IMG/VR virus record: IMGVR_UViG_3300008108_000337
Location: 4,139 to 68,138 of that record
DNA length: 64,000 nucleotides
Origin: a virus
Reading direction: 5' to 3' (one strand)
Below, one piece after another: positions 8,656 through 17,968 of this stretch. Made by a program: the position numbers and the translations under genes. Position 1 is the first letter of the stretch. The number at the start of each line of letters is the position of its first letter. The notes under the pieces are model-generated. The model saw only the letters and a list, made by a program, of their open reading frames with translations, was not told the origin of the DNA and did not search any database.

Positions 8656-10488
8656 TTAAGCAATTTGGGTTATAGTTGCAATTACAGATGGTGTTGCTGG
8701 TCTTGTTGGATTTATCGCGGAACCAGATGATAGTAATATAATACTACCCCCACTTGAATTCCATTTTAATTCAACATATTGTGATGCAGATAGTGGTAAC
8801 ATATAATTCCAAGCTGCTACCGTTTTACCTTCATTACCTGCTTGTGCTTTATTAATTGCCACCGATGTGTTTGAATTTGAGACATTTGAACCAGTAACTG
8901 CAATCCATATATCCATTATTTCGTTTGTATTTGAAATATTATCTAACTGTGCTGAAAATTGTAGATTATATATTCCAGTATTATCTACGGTTATTCTACT
9001 TCCACTTACAACTGATATATTATGTGAGAAATCAGTAGTATTGAATTTCATTGAATACGCAGTATTTGCAGAACCACTTTGGGTTGTTGTATCACTAAAT
9101 TGTCCGTAATTAAATAGTTTATTACCATTTAAATAAATTTCGTTAGTTACATATAATGATTCACTTACATATAAAGAACCACTAATTCCTTGTGAACCAC
9201 TAAATATATTTGAACCAGTTATTGCATAAGAACCACTATCTAAATCGGTTAGAATTCTATGTGTATTGATGTATCCACTACCACTTATTCTTAATGACCC
9301 ACTAATGGTTTTATCACCAACCATTACATAATTACCTTGTTGAGTGTAATTACCAACTTGAGTCATACTTCCGGAAATATATTGGAATGAACCTGTTGCT
9401 GCAATAAATGATGCATCACCAACCAATCTCATACCACCGGCTGAAATCAATAAGTTTCCTTCAACGTTTGATATGGATGTGTTTGGTTCGCCGGTTATAT
9501 CTGATGCGATGTTGATTGAACCTGATGATACGAATATTTCTCTAAATGGTCTTTCTAATGTTCCTAATGTAGAGCCACTTGGGAACTTTGGTACTAAATT
9601 TCCACCAAATTCGGTTGTTCCACTTATGAATAAAGAACCACTTATTGTATAATCACCATTTAATGTTTTTGAATTAGTCCATACACTTCCACTTTTCACT
9701 AAAATATCACCATAAGATGCTGATGTGGAATTATCAACTACATCATGAGCCTCACCTAACTCTGAACCATTATCTACCCTCACATAGATGGAACCATTAT
9801 TTTGTTGTACTCTGAGGACTTCACCTAATCTAACACCATGATTTGGTGCAGTTGGAGGAGTTGTTGTAAATGAACCACCTTCCCCTAAATACAATAATTG
9901 GCCTGCACTCATTCCATTGGTATTTACACCCAATAAGACACCTTCAGTAATTACATAACCAAAATCATCATTTGGTATATTTTGAGTTGTAATTCCAAGT
10001 GTATTTGCAGATTGTCCTTCGGTTAAAAAACTTGCAGTTACTATTAGGGGATTATCACCAGTTGCACCACTAATTCTTACTACTTTTCCTTTATCAATTT
10101 GTGTACCACTTACATTTTTAACATAAACGGTTGTTCTTAATGTTGTTTCAGATAAAGATGATGTTACTGCAAAAGAAGTACTTACTGCATACGATGCTGT
10201 AATTGCATATAGTGATGAACTTACCGCCATAGAAGAAGTTTCACTTGCATTTACATATATTATATCGTATGAACTTGTTAATTGTGAAGAACCAGAAACT
10301 AATGTAGGTTTGTCAGTTATACCATTAAAAGATATTTGCTCTGAACCAGATACTACTCCATCTCGAATACCATAATAAAGAGAACCATAAGTTGTTTTTC
10401 TAGTTTCGTTATTACTAACAATAGGTATTACATCACTTAAAGTAAGTGATGTATGTAAACTTAGTTCGAGTATTCGCTTATCTGCCAT
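8656..10488 (-). CDS. fibre-like virion protein with a C-terminal C1q/TNF-like jelly-roll domain
   Basis: MADKRI.EL...DVIPIV N-terminus; KPTLVSGSSQ module; YVKNVSGTQIDKGKVVRISG cement-like domain; C-terminal SRITVDNTGIYNLQFSAQL...YVELKW. Confidence 0.7.
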   Translation of the reverse strand: MADKRILELSLHTSLTLSDVIPIVSNNETRKTTYGSLYYGIRDGVVSGSEQISFNGITDKPTLVSGSSQLTSSYDIIYVNASETSSMAVSSSLYAITASYAVSTSFAVTSSLSETTLRTTVYVKNVSGTQIDKGKVVRISGATGDNPLIVTASFLTEGQSANTLGITTQNIPNDDFGYVITEGVLLGVNTNGMSAGQLLYLGEGGSFTTTPPTAPNHGVRLGEVLRVQQNNGSIYVRVDNGSELGEAHDVVDNSTSASYGDILVKSGSVWTNSKTLNGDYTISGSLFISGTTEFGGNLVPKFPSGSTLGTLERPFREIFVSSGSINIASDITGEPNTSISNVEGNLLISAGGMRLVGDASFIAATGSFQYISGSMTQVGNYTQQGNYVMVGDKTISGSLRISGSGYINTHRILTDLDSGSYAITGSNIFSGSQGISGSLYVSESLYVTNEIYLNGNKLFNYGQFSDTTTQSGSANTAYSMKFNTTDFSHNISVVSGSRITVDNTGIYNLQFSAQLDNISNTNEIMDIWIAVTGSNVSNSNTSVAINKAQAGNEGKTVAAWNYMLPLSASQYVELKWNSSGGSIILLSSGSAINPTRPATPSVIATITQIA

Positions 10489-10490
10489 TA

Positions 10491-10751
10491 TTATAAATAT
10501 AATCTACTACCATCTTCTTGTAGTAAGTAATCACCATTTTCTTGTAATATAAAACCACTATATTCTTGTATTGGCTGTTCTTCTAAACTACCACCACCTT
10601 TTACATAATTATAAAAACTTAATAAAAATCCATAATCAGGTAATCCTGGAACTTCTTCTTGTTGCATATACAAATAGTAATCCCTTGTTAATTCACTATA
10701 AGGAGTTTTACCATCTGATTTTTCAACAAGAAATTCTTTCCAAGTTTTCAT
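10491..10751 (-). CDS. small structural/adaptor protein
   Basis: Ends in FILQENGDYLLQEDGSRLYL, a motif seen in phage fibre-associated proteins. Confidence 0.65.
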   Translation of the reverse strand: MKTWKEFLVEKSDGKTPYSELTRDYYLYMQQEEVPGLPDYGFLLSFYNYVKGGGSLEEQPIQEYSGFILQENGDYLLQEDGSRLYL

Positions 10752-10765
10752 AATTATAAATATCC

Positions 10766-11536
10766 TTATTTTATATAAACTGCCAGTGTGTTAAAAGTTG
10801 ATGTATTACTACTTTGAAGTGTTGTAACATTTGCCAAACCATACACCTGATTTGATGTTCTATTTGTCCAACCACCCGTTCCTAATGCATTACCATTTCT
10901 ACCATAAGGTGCATCAGGATAAACATTTGTAGGACCGTTTGTTGTCCACCAGTTTGCAGTATCATACAACCAATCACATGGTGCAGCTACAGGTAAAGAA
11001 CCCGTCATAAAGGTATATCCTTTTAATGCTGTCCAACTACCAGTTAATGGTGCTGATAATTTTAGAGTATTTGGAGATACAGTTGTTGATATATCTAATG
11101 CATTTGGATTGTTATAAACCGTTTGATGTGCAATACTACAATTTGATAAATGTGGTTGAACCGATGCAGTTGATGCCATTCTCATTACTGAATTACATTG
11201 TGCACTTCCACTTACATTGAACCAAAGATTTTCTGCGTTTCGTGAATGTTTTACAAAAGAAGTAGTTTGTAAACTTCCGGTATCAGTATTTGGATATAGG
11301 TAACCTTGTTGTGTTGAACCTGATGGATTATATGATATTAACATCCATCCACCACCATTATCAGTTTGGTTACAATAAACTTGTACCGAACTTGTCATCA
11401 TTCCAGTCTTTATCCAATACCAACCATTGGTTCTAACACCGGAATTATATAATTGAACTGCAGATATAGCAGGGTTTGATATTGTACCCAAATTTGCACC
11501 TATACTTAAACTACCTCCTATGAATGATATTGCCAT
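10766..11536 (-). CDS. fibrinogen-related (FReD/NEC-like) domain protein
   Basis: NGWYWIKT...VYCNQTDNGGGWMLIS matches the fibrinogen C-domain N-terminal signature. Confidence 0.75.
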   Translation of the reverse strand: MAISFIGGSLSIGANLGTISNPAISAVQLYNSGVRTNGWYWIKTGMMTSSVQVYCNQTDNGGGWMLISYNPSGSTQQGYLYPNTDTGSLQTTSFVKHSRNAENLWFNVSGSAQCNSVMRMASTASVQPHLSNCSIAHQTVYNNPNALDISTTVSPNTLKLSAPLTGSWTALKGYTFMTGSLPVAAPCDWLYDTANWWTTNGPTNVYPDAPYGRNGNALGTGGWTNRTSNQVYGLANVTTLQSSNTSTFNTLAVYIK

Positions 11537-11537
11537 A

Positions 11538-13654
11538 TTAGTGTAATCTTTCTATTGAAACTAAGTTGTTATTAAAAGAAGCACCGATTTGTATTATAAT
11601 ACGATAAGCTCTACTATTTGTAGTATCGGTTATGATATAATTTGCCATATCACCTGTGGCCGTAAATCCCCAACCAAATAGTGAAGTAGATGCGGATGTT
11701 GTTATTGATGCAGTACCTGATGACCCACCAACACCGACACCACTTCCTGCATAATTACCAGCCATATTAACCGCAATTGTTCCTGAAAGAGTAGCAAGAC
11801 TTAAACCACGTTGTCCACTTGTTGTGACGGTGGCTTTAATATTATCTAATTGAACAAAATCTCCTGCGTTTACTAATCCACTTGCTTTATATGTTATTTC
11901 ATTATTATTTCCAGTAGGTTTACTCAAATCAATAAAAACACCGTTAGCACCAGCACTACCTTCAAAAATTCTTAATCTATTTCGCCACACATCAACAGTT
12001 ACGCGATTTTGTAATGTAGTGTTAGTGGTCGGAATACCGAATTGAATTTCACCACCTTCATCTCCACCAGCTGATACAAACATCGTAGAACCACTTACTA
12101 TCAATGAACCTGTGATTTCTACTAATCCATTATTTTGAACATACATATTACTACCACTTGTCAAATAAAGTGATGCAGTGTTTGCAAGGATTTGTGATGC
12201 AACAAAACTACCCGTTGTTATAATTAAAGAACCCGTAATAGTTTGTGTTCCGTTGAACGAGTTCGAACCAGTTGTTACTGATTGTGCAGATGCGGTAAAT
12301 GAGTTAAATGATGCCGTTAAAGAATTGAATGAACCAGTCTGAACATATCTTCCATCAAATGAACTTGTCAATTGAGATGAACCACTTATAGTTCCAGTAG
12401 GAGTTGTTCCGCTTACTACACTACCACTTAATGTGTATCGTGTATCAAAGGAAGAAGTTAATTGGGATGAACCACTTATTAAGCCATTTGGTAAAGGTTG
12501 AACTGAACCACTTAAAGTATAACGAGTATCATAAGATGAAGTTAATTGAGATGAGGAACTTATTGCACCATTTAGAGATGTTAAGTAACTCGCCGATGTT
12601 GCGTATCTTGTATCAAATGAGGATGTAAGTTGTGATGACCCACTAATTACACCATTAGTTGCCAATATATCTCCTTGATTTAAAAATATAGAACCACTTA
12701 CCTTTAATGAACCAGTTATTTCCACATCATTTCCTGCAGCGTGTATAAGATTACTTCTATTAATATCATCAGTTCCATTACCTACAATAAAAGCGGAAGG
12801 TACAGATGATACAGCGTTATATTGTCCCTGTACGTGTTGATGATTGGCTAATTTTGATTACCATTAAATGAATTTGAACCAGTTGTTGCAAATGTACTAA
12901 AATCAACTGTCCCAACACTACCACTAATAACATTAAATGATTGTGATATTGAATTAAAAGATTGTGTTAAACTATTGAATGAATTTATTGTAGTGTATGA
13001 ACCTGTTACAAATCCTAAATCAGATATTTGTCCTGCTCCACTAATTGCACCATCTAAAGAAGTTAAATAAGATGAGGTTACTGCCTCTAAACTATCAACT
13101 CTACTATCAATACTCTCGGTGAATTGATTAAAAGAGGATGTTAATATAAAATGATCATCACCAAATTCTTTTAAATTTAAAGAATGAATTAGTGTTCCAA
13201 AAATATATGAATTATGACTTCCAGTAAAAGATACGGTCAATCTGTGATTATCAGCAGATTTCCACAATCTAGCAGTTTCATTTCCTCCTCCATCTTGAAA
13301 AATAAGGTCACCTGCCCCACTATATCCATCATCACCTGGTCCTCTTAATATTATATTTGAACTTGATACTAAAGTTATATCACCTGTAAATGTGTTTGAA
13401 CCAGTTGTGGCAAATCCTAATATAGATATTTGTGAACTGCCACTAACTAACCCACTACCAATAACTTGGTTGATTGTGTATATTGATTGAGAAATAGAAC
13501 TACTAACTGCAGCCAATTCCGAATCACTACTCATAGTTGTATCTAATTGAGTGACAAATGATGCATAATTAGATGCAGAAAGTATATCTACCTGACTAGA
13601 CGCAGAAAATATACCTTGCAGATCAATTTGTTTGATTCTTATTTTATTTCCCAT
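11538..13654 (-). pseudogene. SGSSQ-repeat fibre gene split by a frame break near 12851
   Basis: 12848..13654 ends at ATTGSNSFNGNQN*. The -1 frame opens at 12857 and reads LANHQHVQGQYNAVSSVPSAFIVGNGTDDINRSNLIHAAGNDVEITGS straight into the 11538..12725 ORF. Confidence 0.8.
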
Positions 13655-13676
13655 ATCGAACTATTGTCCTTATTTA

Positions 13677-14294
13677 TTATTTTTTATGTTTATCAGGAGT
13701 ACATATCATGCCTAAATCTTCCCATCCATATTTAGGTTTTTGATTTAAAAATACAAAACATTTCCATATCTTTTGTGTTTCAAAATAGATATGTTTTTCT
13801 AAATGTGAAGGAATTGCAGCATTAGTTGGGATTCTTTTTGCTGGATTATCAAAGTGAAGTGTAATCAGTACACTAAGATTTTCAGTATCATCCCATTTTC
13901 TTTCTTGTTCTTCCAACAATCTCCACTCACCACGATTCAAGTATTGGTCTTGAAGAATAGAATTTAAGTAAGAAAATGTTTGTTTAAGATTCTCCATATT
14001 ATCGGAGAATGTTGCAGCAGGAGCACCATGTCCTTTATCGTATATGTTTGCCTTGTAATCTTCGGCATCGGATGTTTTTACATCCTTTTCTTTGTAAAAA
14101 TCCATCGTACCTCTATTTACATTTGTCGGACGATTGGTTGAACGATACTTAATCCAAAGTGGTTGTTCTAAATCTTGCGAGTAAAGTGTTTCAAATACCC
14201 CATTTTTTATTCTAACATCACTTAATTTTTGAGAGTAAAGATTACCTACAAATAAAAAAACTGCCAAGAATGGCATTAATAAAAACTTTTTCAT
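13677..14294 (-). CDS. DNA/RNA non-specific endonuclease (NucA/Endonuclease_NS) with signal peptide
   Basis: YDKGHGAPAA (DRGH-type), TFSYLN..LQ...LNRGEWR.LE; N-terminal MKKFLLMPFLAVFLFVG signal-like segment. Confidence 0.88.
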   Translation of the reverse strand: MKKFLLMPFLAVFLFVGNLYSQKLSDVRIKNGVFETLYSQDLEQPLWIKYRSTNRPTNVNRGTMDFYKEKDVKTSDAEDYKANIYDKGHGAPAATFSDNMENLKQTFSYLNSILQDQYLNRGEWRLLEEQERKWDDTENLSVLITLHFDNPAKRIPTNAAIPSHLEKHIYFETQKIWKCFVFLNQKPKYGWEDLGMICTPDKHKK

Positions 14295-14326
14295 ACTAAA
14301 ATGTGTCTCCTTTTAGTATATAAATA

Positions 14327-15610
14327 TTAAACTTTTGAGTAATCCATACCCCAAGAGGCTTTTATTGGAAATCCAAAAGATTCAAGAACGGATTTAACCC
14401 CCTTAATGACATCCACTTCAGATGCATCAAACTCAAATAGAAACGAATCGTATGTATAAAGTAATGGTAATGGTAATCCACTATCCTTCAACTTTTTCAT
14501 TACCTCGATATTGAATTCAGTTTCAGTCGCTTGTAAAAGGTAATTAAAGTATTTTTGTGAAGTAGGTCCTTCTATCCATTCCAAAGGAATCTTTCTCCCC
14601 TTTGGAGTTTGTAAGTATCCCCTTTGAATCGAGTTTGTGTATAGTTGTCCAATAAATCCATCCACCTTATCAAAGAAAGGGATTTTTCTATCTTCTTCAC
14701 TTACACCCCCATAAAGGATTCGGAATGTTCTTCCTTTGGAATCCTCATACGAACACCCATATTCATCCGCCAACCATTGGTGAACCGAAGTTTTGGGTAA
14801 AGGGTATCCAATCAACTTACCGATGATACGAACGTGATACGCATCGTAATCAAATTGAAGAAACATCTTACCTTCTTGTGGAATAAAGATCTCTCGAGTT
14901 CCATCGGATTTGTTTAATGCACCGAAATTGATACCCCCATGACGATTGGATGGGCGGGAAGTAATGGTGTATGGATTGTACTCGGTATAGATTATATCAC
15001 CATGCAAGTTTTTGAGGGATTGTGGCCATCTATCAATAAATTTTTTCGTATCGACACGAATCCCCGATTGCTCGGTCTGAGAAAGAATAGGAATCATCGT
15101 ATCATCAATCCACGAATCTTTAGATTTTAATTTCCAATCATTTGTAATACTTCGTAGAACCTCTCCCCACTTCATTATAGGGATACTTTTACCCAATCCA
15201 TCTCTCATACCCAATCGGGTGTAAAAGTTCGTTAGAGCCTCTAATTTATCCCCAAAAGGGTATAGTTTGCCTTGTTCAAAAAATAAGTAGGTTTGTATAT
15301 CCTTTTGGTTTTGGATTTGGATTTTGGTTTGTAAAAATCCTTTTTTATTCCAAACAAATTTAGGTGTATTGGATTGGGAAAGGTCTATTTGTATATTATG
15401 GCAATCATTGTGATTGATTGGAATAATAAAATCAATTGGAAGATAACCGGCATCGGTTTCGGCATCATTGAACCGGACATAAAGAAAAGACAAACTATTA
15501 TTCATAGGATGTCTTTCTAAATCTTCCCAAATTGGAATAATGATTGATTCTTCACGATTCCAATAATTTAAAAATATTTCTTGTTCTTGTTGATTTTCTA
15601 CTACAATCAT
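14327..15610 (-). CDS. compact family A DNA polymerase-like protein
   Basis: TITSRPSN...INF; motif A FLQFDYDAYHVRI; motif B SKGRTFRILYG; FNYLLQATET; motif C LYTYDSFLFE. Confidence 0.82.
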   Translation of the reverse strand: MIVVENQQEQEIFLNYWNREESIIIPIWEDLERHPMNNSLSFLYVRFNDAETDAGYLPIDFIIPINHNDCHNIQIDLSQSNTPKFVWNKKGFLQTKIQIQNQKDIQTYLFFEQGKLYPFGDKLEALTNFYTRLGMRDGLGKSIPIMKWGEVLRSITNDWKLKSKDSWIDDTMIPILSQTEQSGIRVDTKKFIDRWPQSLKNLHGDIIYTEYNPYTITSRPSNRHGGINFGALNKSDGTREIFIPQEGKMFLQFDYDAYHVRIIGKLIGYPLPKTSVHQWLADEYGCSYEDSKGRTFRILYGGVSEEDRKIPFFDKVDGFIGQLYTNSIQRGYLQTPKGRKIPLEWIEGPTSQKYFNYLLQATETEFNIEVMKKLKDSGLPLPLLYTYDSFLFEFDASEVDVIKGVKSVLESFGFPIKASWGMDYSKV

Positions 15611-15894
15611 TTATTAAAGTTACTAAACTTCAAACCCCACATCAAAGAAACCATTCCCATTTCTTTTTCTGCTACGATTTTATTGTATTTGAATCTTTTT
15701 CTAAGTTCTGATACACCCCACTCTTTCCATTCATCACCTTGTTCTACGGTCATAGTCCATTCGGTATACCACGCATCTTCTCTACCTTGAATATCATCAA
15801 AAGTTACAGAATGACCTGCAATTTCAAACATCTTATTGATTGAATCTTTAATAAAACAATCAGTCTTTTCTTGTCTTGATAATCTCTTTTTCAT
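15607..15894 (-). CDS. hypothetical protein
   Basis: 95-aa ORF overlapping the start of the polymerase gene. Confidence 0.75.
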   Translation of the reverse strand: MKKRLSRQEKTDCFIKDSINKMFEIAGHSVTFDDIQGREDAWYTEWTMTVEQGDEWKEWGVSELRKRFKYNKIVAEKEMGMVSLMWGLKFSNFNK

Positions 15895-15895
15895 A

Positions 15896-16381
15896 TTAAT
15901 CCCACCAATATCTAATGTTGTGTCCTATAAACTCCCAAAGTAATTTCTCTGCTCTCTTTTGTTTTTCTCTGGATTGTTTTATCAGTTCCCTTTTTACTAA
16001 CTTAATTTCTTCAGCATTATCCCACTTTTCGTATTTGTTTGTAATAAAAGATGAACCAGTACCATCACCAGTATCTTCAAACTCCCATTCTAGTACTTCT
16101 TTACCAAATTGTTCTTCAAGTTTATCAACCCACTCTATTTCATAACTATCACTATAAACATTATCCATGAGTTGAATTGCAGTTCGGATTCGGGATGCAT
16201 TATGTTTTGCATCTGAAGCATATGATTTACCACTTTCGAAAAACTTTGCCTGTCTTTCAAGTTGTTTCTTGAAAAGTTGAATTGAATAGGTGTAATCAAA
16301 ATCAAATCCCTTCCAAATAATTGGTAGAAAATCGATTACTCTTTGAATTTGTTGATATTTTCTTCTAAACCAATACATCAT
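15896..16381 (-). CDS. hypothetical protein (ends YWWD)
   Basis: 161-aa ORF with W.DFDY and WWD motifs common in phage hypotheticals. Confidence 0.75.
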   Translation of the reverse strand: MMYWFRRKYQQIQRVIDFLPIIWKGFDFDYTYSIQLFKKQLERQAKFFESGKSYASDAKHNASRIRTAIQLMDNVYSDSYEIEWVDKLEEQFGKEVLEWEFEDTGDGTGSSFITNKYEKWDNAEEIKLVKRELIKQSREKQKRAEKLLWEFIGHNIRYWWD

Positions 16382-16791
16382 TGTGTTATTATTAAAAAGC
16401 CAGTTTCGTTGGATTTAAACTCTTTAATCATTTTACCCATAAATTCCATATCTTCAGTTAAGTAAGGACCTCCACTTGGGTCTACCATAGAAATTACATC
16501 AGGGTTTGATTTCACTAATGGACCATATACTCTAGCAATATCACAAGGACCAACATATCTATCATTTTCATCATAAATAGACCTATGTACTTCTTCTTTG
16601 AATTCTTTCAAATTCATTTCCCCACCGAAATTCAAATACGCAGTGTATGCTTTGGTATAATCGTTTGGCCAAGCCATTCTACAATGTCTAAATTCACCAT
16701 CCCATTGGATGTTCCCATCATCTAATAAGGTGAATGTGTATTTATCACCATACCGATTTGAGTAAGTTGTTTGTGTTATTTTGTTTTTCAT
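16378..16791 (-). CDS. hypothetical protein
   Basis: 137 aa; NRYGDKYTF and MVDPSGGPY motifs. Confidence 0.75.
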   Translation of the reverse strand: MKNKITQTTYSNRYGDKYTFTLLDDGNIQWDGEFRHCRMAWPNDYTKAYTAYLNFGGEMNLKEFKEEVHRSIYDENDRYVGPCDIARVYGPLVKSNPDVISMVDPSGGPYLTEDMEFMGKMIKEFKSNETGFLIITQ

Positions 16792-16820
16792 TTTCTTTTG
16801 ATTTAAGGTTTAAATTTTAA

Positions 16821-16851
16821 CAAAGATACGAAATTAATTTGATATTTCAAA
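16821..16851 (-). promoter_or_regulatory. Bacteroidota sigma70-type promoter
   Basis: Minus strand TTTG-N19-TATCTTTG. Confidence 0.8.
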
Positions 16852-16983
16852 CCATTCTTTTTTCTTTTCTTCAATTCTTTTTTTGTGAAGGATTCCTTCT
16901 CTTAATCTGACAAACTCTGAAAAATTAAGTGGTTTGCCTTTACATCTACTCAAATAACCTTGATATAATTCTTCCCAATTCAT
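16834..16983 (-). CDS. 49-aa hypothetical protein
   Basis: The likely start is MNWEELYQ at 16983, immediately after the stop of the 28-aa upstream ORF. Confidence 0.6.
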   Translation of the reverse strand: MNWEELYQGYLSRCKGKPLNFSEFVRLREGILHKKRIEEKKKEWFEISN

Positions 16984-16987
16984 TTCT

Positions 16988-17074
16988 TTACCATTTACCG
17001 AATTGTTGATGTTTGTTTCTAAACTCATTTGAGAGAGTAAATCCTAACCAAATTTCTTTTAGTATTTTTTTCAT
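16988..17074 (-). CDS. 28-aa mini-gene
   Basis: MKKILKEIWLGFTLSNEFRNKHQQFGKW*; its ATG is supplied by the 21-bp motif. Confidence 0.55.
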   Translation of the reverse strand: MKKILKEIWLGFTLSNEFRNKHQQFGKW

Positions 17075-17092
17075 TTTTCTTTGGTGTTAAAG

Positions 17093-17230
17093 TTATGATT
17101 GAATTGAGTCAATAAGTTCGTTAAGTATTGAATTCCTACCATTTATCATCATATCTCCAAGTAAAAAAATTATTGGTATAAATGTGATAATACTCCAAAA
17201 TATAATAAAGAATGCTGTAAATGATTTCAT
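17093..17230 (-). CDS. 45-aa membrane mini-protein
   Basis: MKSFTAFFIIFWSIITFIPIIFLLGDMMINGRNSILNELIDSIQS*; one hydrophobic segment. Confidence 0.6.
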   Translation of the reverse strand: MKSFTAFFIIFWSIITFIPIIFLLGDMMINGRNSILNELIDSIQS

Positions 17231-17397
17231 TTCTCTTTGGTGTTAAAGGTTGCAACAATAAACATAACTAATAAAAATGATGTTATCCCCCATCTATAAC
17301 CCTCAATAGGAGTATCAAACTTAAATTGTGAAACAGCATATGCACCGAGCATAAATGCCCAAATGTAACTTCCAATTGTAAATAGTGTCTTTTTCAT
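17227..17397 (-). CDS. 56-aa membrane mini-protein with two hydrophobic segments
   Basis: MKKTLFTIGSYIWAFMLGAYAVSQ...RWGITSFLLVMFIVATFNTKEK*. Confidence 0.65.
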   Translation of the reverse strand: MKKTLFTIGSYIWAFMLGAYAVSQFKFDTPIEGYRWGITSFLLVMFIVATFNTKEK

Positions 17398-17594
17398 TTC
17401 TCTTTGGTGTTAAAAGTTTCGTTATTACACAATCTATCTACATAAAAACTGACTGATTGACAATTATTTTTTGTAGAGCCTTCATCACCACCGTATGTTA
17501 TAGTAAATTCCTCTTTTGTGTGATGTGCTACAACTGACACTTCAGCATCAAGATTGTAATCTAATAGTTTCTGAATCAATTCTTTTACTTTCAT
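17394..17594 (-). CDS. hypothetical protein (MKVKELI type)
   Basis: 66 aa; ends TFNTKEK. Confidence 0.75.
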   Translation of the reverse strand: MKVKELIQKLLDYNLDAEVSVVAHHTKEEFTITYGGDEGSTKNNCQSVSFYVDRLCNNETFNTKEK

Positions 17595-17968
17595 TTCTCT
17601 TTAGTAATTAAATTCAATGCCTGTTCTTTCCAATCAACATTTCCAAATACTGATATACCCTTTACTTTACATTTTTCTTCCATTACTTTAATTTCAATCC
17701 AATCATCATCTAAATGGAATACGAAATTTGGATGTTTTAAAAAGTAATCTGCCTTATGTTCATAGCAAGTAAATACTATTCTTTCTCTGGAAATACCTAA
17801 TTCATCTGCTACTTCAAACAAATCATCGTTTAGTACTGGATGTTGAGGAGTATCTGGCCACCTTGAAGTGACTATCCATACTTCGATTCCTTGAGTTATT
17901 AATTCTTTGGCAAACTCTTGAATTCCAAATTTACTTAAAGTACCATCGAAATCAAAACTTACTTTCAT
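17591..17968 (-). CDS. HAD-superfamily hydrolase-like protein
   Basis: SFDFDGTL (motif I), WIVTSR (motif II) and FHLDDD (motif IV). Confidence 0.82.
   Translation of the reverse strand: MKVSFDFDGTLSKFGIQEFAKELITQGIEVWIVTSRWPDTPQHPVLNDDLFEVADELGISRERIVFTCYEHKADYFLKHPNFVFHLDDDWIEIKVMEEKCKVKGISVFGNVDWKEQALNLITKEK

Larger units (their letters stand above)
17071..17611 (-). repeat. dispersed 21-bp junction motif TTTAACACCAAAGAGAAATGA
   Basis: Copies at 17071-17091 (1 mismatch), 17227-17247 and 17394-17414, plus a degenerate copy at 17591-17611. Each copy contains the ATG of the next gene. Confidence 0.9.

Noticed and set aside
17071-17611. CRISPR array
   Set aside because: The segments between repeats are 135-176 bp, variable in length and protein-coding; no cas genes are present.
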